The notes under the pieces: generated by a model
What the model was told of the DNA's origin: nothing
Databases searched by the model: none
Seen by the model: the letters and a program-made list of their open reading frames with translations, nothing else
Assembly: GCA_000004695.1 (NCBI GenBank)
Contig: CM000152.2
Location: forward strand, 576,001-640,000
Length of the DNA stretch: 64,000 bases
Direction: 5' to 3'
Source: Dictyostelium discoideum
Taxonomy: Eukaryota
Shown here: positions 60,360 through 64,000 of the stretch, one piece after another
Layout: the number at the start of each line of letters is the position of its first letter
Position numbering within the stretch: the first letter of the stretch is position 1
Translations under genes and position numbers: made by a program

Positions 60360-60656
60360 TTTATATAATTATATTTATTGTTTCTTAACAACAATTAAAC
60401 GTTTTTTTTAACGATTGTTGCTTTTTAAGAAAATTAAAATTGTAAAAAAAAAAAAAAAAAATTAAAAATAAAAAAAAATAAAAAAAAAAATGAAAAAAAA
60501 AAAAAAATGAAAAAATAAAAAAAAAAATAAAAAAAAAAAATGAAAATTTTATGAAATTCATTTCTTATACTTTTAACAAAAAGAAATAATAGAGAAAAAG
60601 GGAAAAACTTTTTTTTAATAAAAAAATAAAATAAAAATAAAAATTTAATCCCTGTT

Positions 60657-61763
60657 ATGATTAAAAGCGTTAAGTTATTAAAAACCATCTCAAAAACAAG
60701 TTTTATTTGTAATAATAATAAATTTATAGGAAATTATAATAATAATAATTTTATAAGAAAAATGAGTACCACAAATACAAATACTGCAAATAGTAGTAAT
60801 AATAATAATAATAATAATAATAATCAAAAACAAAAACAACAACAAAAACCAAAAAATAATGATAAAGGATGTTGTGATCCAAGTGTTAATCAACCAAAAT
60901 CTAAACAAAAACCAATTGATAATAGTAAAGCAAAATTGAATACACCAAAAGTTGTTGATATGGCGGAGGATGCAAAATATGTTGATTCACATGTACATGT
61001 TGACCAACTTTTAATAAGATTAAATAAATCATTAACAGATTTCCCACAATTTAAACAAGACAACTTTCCAAAACAATTTGAAAAATTAATTCAAGTTTGT
61101 TGTGATCCAGTATCGATAGAATATGCAGATTTCTTAATTGAAAACAATGAGTGTATCTATGGTGCCTATGGCGTCCACCCTCACAATGCCAAGGAATATA
61201 ATGACCAAATTGAGCAAAAACTAATAGACAGGATGAAATCAAATCCAAAAGTTGTGGCATGGGGCGAGATGGGGTTAGACTATTTTTACAATAAATCTTC
61301 AAATGACGAGCAAATCAATGCCTTCTCACGTCAATTGAAGCAGGCTGTCAAGTTGGGTAAACCATTGGTAATCCATAGTCGTGAGGCTGAGGAGGACACA
61401 TTGCGTCTCTTGAAGGAGTTGGTACCTGTTGATTATAAAATTCATATCCATTGTTTCACGTCCAATAGTGATTTCGCAAAACAATTACTTGACCATTTCC
61501 CAAATCTTTGTATTGGGTTCACTGGTTGCATCACTTTTAGAAACTCTCAATCAATCAGAGATAGCGTTGAAGCCGTGCCAATCGAACGTATCCTTTTGGA
61601 AACTGATGGTCCATATATGACACCTGAACCATTCCGTGGTCAAATTGCTCATTCTGGGCACATTCCAATGGTTGCAAATGCAATCTCTCAAATTAAAAAT
61701 ATACCCCTAGATCAAGTTTTAAAACAATGTAGAGAAAATACTACTAAAATTTATGGAATTTAA
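60657..61763 (+). CDS. TatD-family metal-dependent deoxyribonuclease (TATDN-like) with an N-terminal extension, possibly organellar
   Basis: Single 368-aa ORF with TatD motifs: DSHVHVD, GEMGLDYFY, PLVIHSREAEEDTL, HIHCFTS and LLETDGPYMTPEPFRG. Confidence 0.85.
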   Translation: MIKSVKLLKTISKTSFICNNNKFIGNYNNNNFIRKMSTTNTNTANSSNNNNNNNNNQKQKQQQKPKNNDKGCCDPSVNQPKSKQKPIDNSKAKLNTPKVVDMAEDAKYVDSHVHVDQLLIRLNKSLTDFPQFKQDNFPKQFEKLIQVCCDPVSIEYADFLIENNECIYGAYGVHPHNAKEYNDQIEQKLIDRMKSNPKVVAWGEMGLDYFYNKSSNDEQINAFSRQLKQAVKLGKPLVIHSREAEEDTLRLLKELVPVDYKIHIHCFTSNSDFAKQLLDHFPNLCIGFTGCITFRNSQSIRDSVEAVPIERILLETDGPYMTPEPFRGQIAHSGHIPMVANAISQIKNIPLDQVLKQCRENTTKIYGI

Positions 61764-62456
61764 AAATAAAATAAAATCAAATAAATAAAAAAAAAAAAAA
61801 AAATAAAAAAAAAAAATAAATCAAACTAAACACAACAAATTCAAATGTTGTAAAAATGTTTATTATTTTTTGGGTTTTGCTACCAAAATAAAATTTTTAG
61901 TTTTTTAATCATTTTTACCACATTTGGGTTTGTTGTGTTCAATTTGGAATATTCAAAGAAAGATTTTTTTTTTTTTTTTTTTTTGGAATTTGAGGGTGTG
62001 GTGGGAAAAAAGATATTTTAAAACCGAGGAAGAAAAAAAAAAAAAAAAAAAAAAAATCTTTTTTGATTTTCCAATGCAAGATTTAAAAATAAAATTAAAT
62101 TATTTTTTTATTTATTTATTTTTTTTATAATCATTTTAAAAATAAATTTTTTAAAATAAAAAAAAAAATAAAAATTTATAAAGTGGTAATGAAAATTCTA
62201 TTGATAAATCGGATATTTTTTTAAAAATTTTATTTATTTTAATATTTGTGAAAGCCTCTTTAAATTTATTTAGTTTTTTTTATTTTTTTTTTATTTTTTT
62301 ATTTTTTTTTTTTTTGTCAGTTGGGATTTTTATTTAAATAATGAATATTGTTTAGAAAATTCAAAATATCATATTTTAAGATTCGGACAAAAAAAAAAAA
62401 AAAATTAAAAAAATAAAAAAAAATAAAAAAAATAAAATAAAATAAAATAAAAATTA

Positions 62457-62495
<39 letters not shown>

Positions 62496-62584
62496 GGGCA
62501 ATAAATCCTTTTTTTTTTTTTTTAATTTTTTTTTTTTATTTTTCATTATTTTTTTAATCATACAAATACAATATATCAAATAAA

Positions 62585-62917
62585 ATGAGATTATTATTAG
62601 CCCTCTTTTTCGTTCTTGCTTTAGTTTCCCCATCTTTCACCCAAGTTTGGTCAAATTGTGGTACTGCTGCCGATAAAGTATGTAAAATTAATATTTTTTT
62701 CACTCCCTCAATTTTTACACACCCATCTCTAAAATTCGAGTGGTCTAAAAAAATAAAAAAAATTAAAAATAAACAATTCAAAATAAATTAGCTAACTTGA
62801 TTTTTTGGACAAATTATTAACTTCTTTTTTTATTTTTTATTTTTTATTTACTAGTTCCAAATTACCAATGTAGTATTAGACCCACCAACACCAGTTAAAG
62901 GACAAGATATCACAGTA

Positions 62918-62973
<56 letters not shown>

Positions 62974-63322
62974 CATTCGTTTGTAAATTTCTTTTTTTAA
63001 AACCCTTTTTTTCTAATTTTTATTTTTATTTATTTTTTATTTTTTATAGATCAGTGCATCAGGTATTCTCGATGAAACCGTCACTGGTGGAAATGTTGCC
63101 GTTAAAGTCAAATATGGTTTCATTACACTTATCAATGAAAATGTTTCTATTTGCAGTTCTCAAGACCCATTAGCATGCCCAATTGCTGCTGGTGATTACC
63201 AAAAGAATATGACCGAAATGATTCCATCTGATGCTCCATCAGGTAAATACACTGGTAACGTTGTTATCACCGATCAAAACAATGCTGAAATCGCCTGTAT
63301 TGATGTTGATATTAACTTGTAA
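62585..63322 (+). CDS. Secreted ML-domain (MD-2-related lipid-recognition, Npc2/Der p 2-like) protein, 141 aa
   Basis: Three exons: 62585..62677 (signal peptide MRLLLALFFVLALVSPSFTQVWSNCGTAADK, donor GTATGT), 62855..62914 (FQITNVVLDPPTPVKGQDIT, donor GTAAGT) and 63050..63322 (ISASGILDETVTGGNVAVKVKYGFITLINENVSICSSQDPLACPIAAGDYQKNMTEMIPSDAPSGKYTGNVVITDQNNAEIACIDVDINL*). The cysteine spacing and beta-sandwich pattern fit the ML domain. Confidence 0.75.
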
Positions 63323-63450
63323 ACGAATAAAATAAAATAAAATAAAATAAAAACACACCATCGATAAATTATTTATAAATTAAACACACCATTATACACA
63401 CACACACATATGTGTGTGTATATATTTTTTTATTTATTTCCAAAAATTAA

Positions 63451-64000
63451 TTAATCAGTACATTTAGTTTGTGGTATTTGGGTTGAATTTGGGAAATGAC
63501 GTGGTTGATTGAATAGTTGTTGACCAGTTTCAAATGTAATATATGTAATTGAGGTGACTTTATTCTTAATTGGATTATGAGTTAACTCGATTACTCTTGC
63601 ACCTCTTTCCCAAGTTCCATAACCACCATAACCACTATGTCTACCATAACACATTTTAATATTATCAAATATTGAACAGAAATCGTTTCCATGATTATGA
63701 CCCACCGATATCATTCTAATTCTACCAATTTCAACAAACTTTTTAAAAAGTCCCTCATTAGTTTTTTGACATGCGATTGAGTCATTATTAAATCCAAAGC
63801 AAACTCCGTAATTCCATACTAGCATATATTCTTGTAATGGTATATGAAAGAAGGCACCTTCCCATAATGGTAGTTTATCATTTTCATATTTTAATGTTTC
63901 ATTTTCGTACCATTGAATTTGCTCCTTTGTAATGAATGTATTGCATTGATAGCCATTTCCAAATTCTCTGTTTCTTTGGTTTTTACAATCATTTTCACCA
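63451..64000 (-). CDS. 3' part of a calcineurin-like metallophosphoesterase (Dcr2/purple-acid-phosphatase-like); the 5' part is beyond the window end
   Basis: The minus-strand frame is open from the window end down to the stop at 63451. ...GENDCKNQRNREFGNGYQCNTF...LPLWEGAFFHIPLQEY...RMISVGHNHGNDFCSIFDNIKMCYGRHSGYGGYG... contains the GH(N/D)H metal-binding signature of metallophosphatases. Track ORF 63451..63825 is its terminal part. Confidence 0.55.
   Translation of the reverse strand, partial: GENDCKNQRNREFGNGYQCNTFITKEQIQWYENETLKYENDKLPLWEGAFFHIPLQEYMLVWNYGVCFGFNNDSIACQKTNEGLFKKFVEIGRIRMISVGHNHGNDFCSIFDNIKMCYGRHSGYGGYGTWERGARVIELTHNPIKNKVTSITYITFETGQQLFNQPRHFPNSTQIPQTKCTD

Overview
This window reads as nuclear DNA of a Dictyostelium-type social amoeba, not prokaryotic DNA. 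It is roughly 78% A+T, with homopolymer runs of up to about 49 nt, in-frame (AAT)n poly-Asn tracts, short AT-rich introns of the GTAAGT...AG type, and A-rich start contexts. I found no CRISPR arrays, no operons and no tRNA-like B-box, so genes were modelled as spliced eukaryotic CDSs.

I support 26 protein-coding genes plus a few small candidate ORFs. On the + strand: the 3' end of a GH38 alpha-mannosidase, a sugar porter, a two-exon MFS transporter, an SH3/PH/ArfGAP protein, snfA (AMPK/SNF1 alpha, 5 exons), a NAP/SET histone chaperone, a Nup50-like FG/Ran-binding protein, a SNAP-25/Sec9-like t-SNARE, an EF-hand myosin-essential-light-chain-like protein, a 7-exon frizzled/smoothened-like receptor, a 1409-aa orphan ORF, a TatD nuclease and an ML-domain lipid-binding protein. 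On the - strand: RNA polymerase I subunit RPA12, a Dicty CTDC-repeat membrane protein, a PPR-like protein, ribulose-phosphate 3-epimerase, an Mdm12-like SMP protein, cofilin (cofA), two tandem terpene synthases, a membrane alpha/beta-hydrolase, the trifunctional folate-synthesis gene (aldolase, HPPK and DHPS fused), coatomer beta-prime (6 exons), cytosolic isoleucyl-tRNA synthetase and the 3' part of a metallophosphoesterase.

The points most worth a second look are: the tandem terpene-synthase pair next to a membrane hydrolase; a domain-less 1409-aa ORF; a pair of about 145-bp inverted repeats, each with an internal 11-bp tandem array, that bracket a 44-kb block; a frame discontinuity inside an (AAT)25 tract of the folate gene (an unusual GTGAAG intron or a frameshift); a divergent pair of paralogous basic small ORFs; ATG-only and other micro first exons; two non-canonical splice donors; and a 3.4-kb gene desert carrying a hairpin-forming inverted repeat. 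All intron and exon coordinates were derived by hand from the sequence, so they are models with the stated uncertainty.
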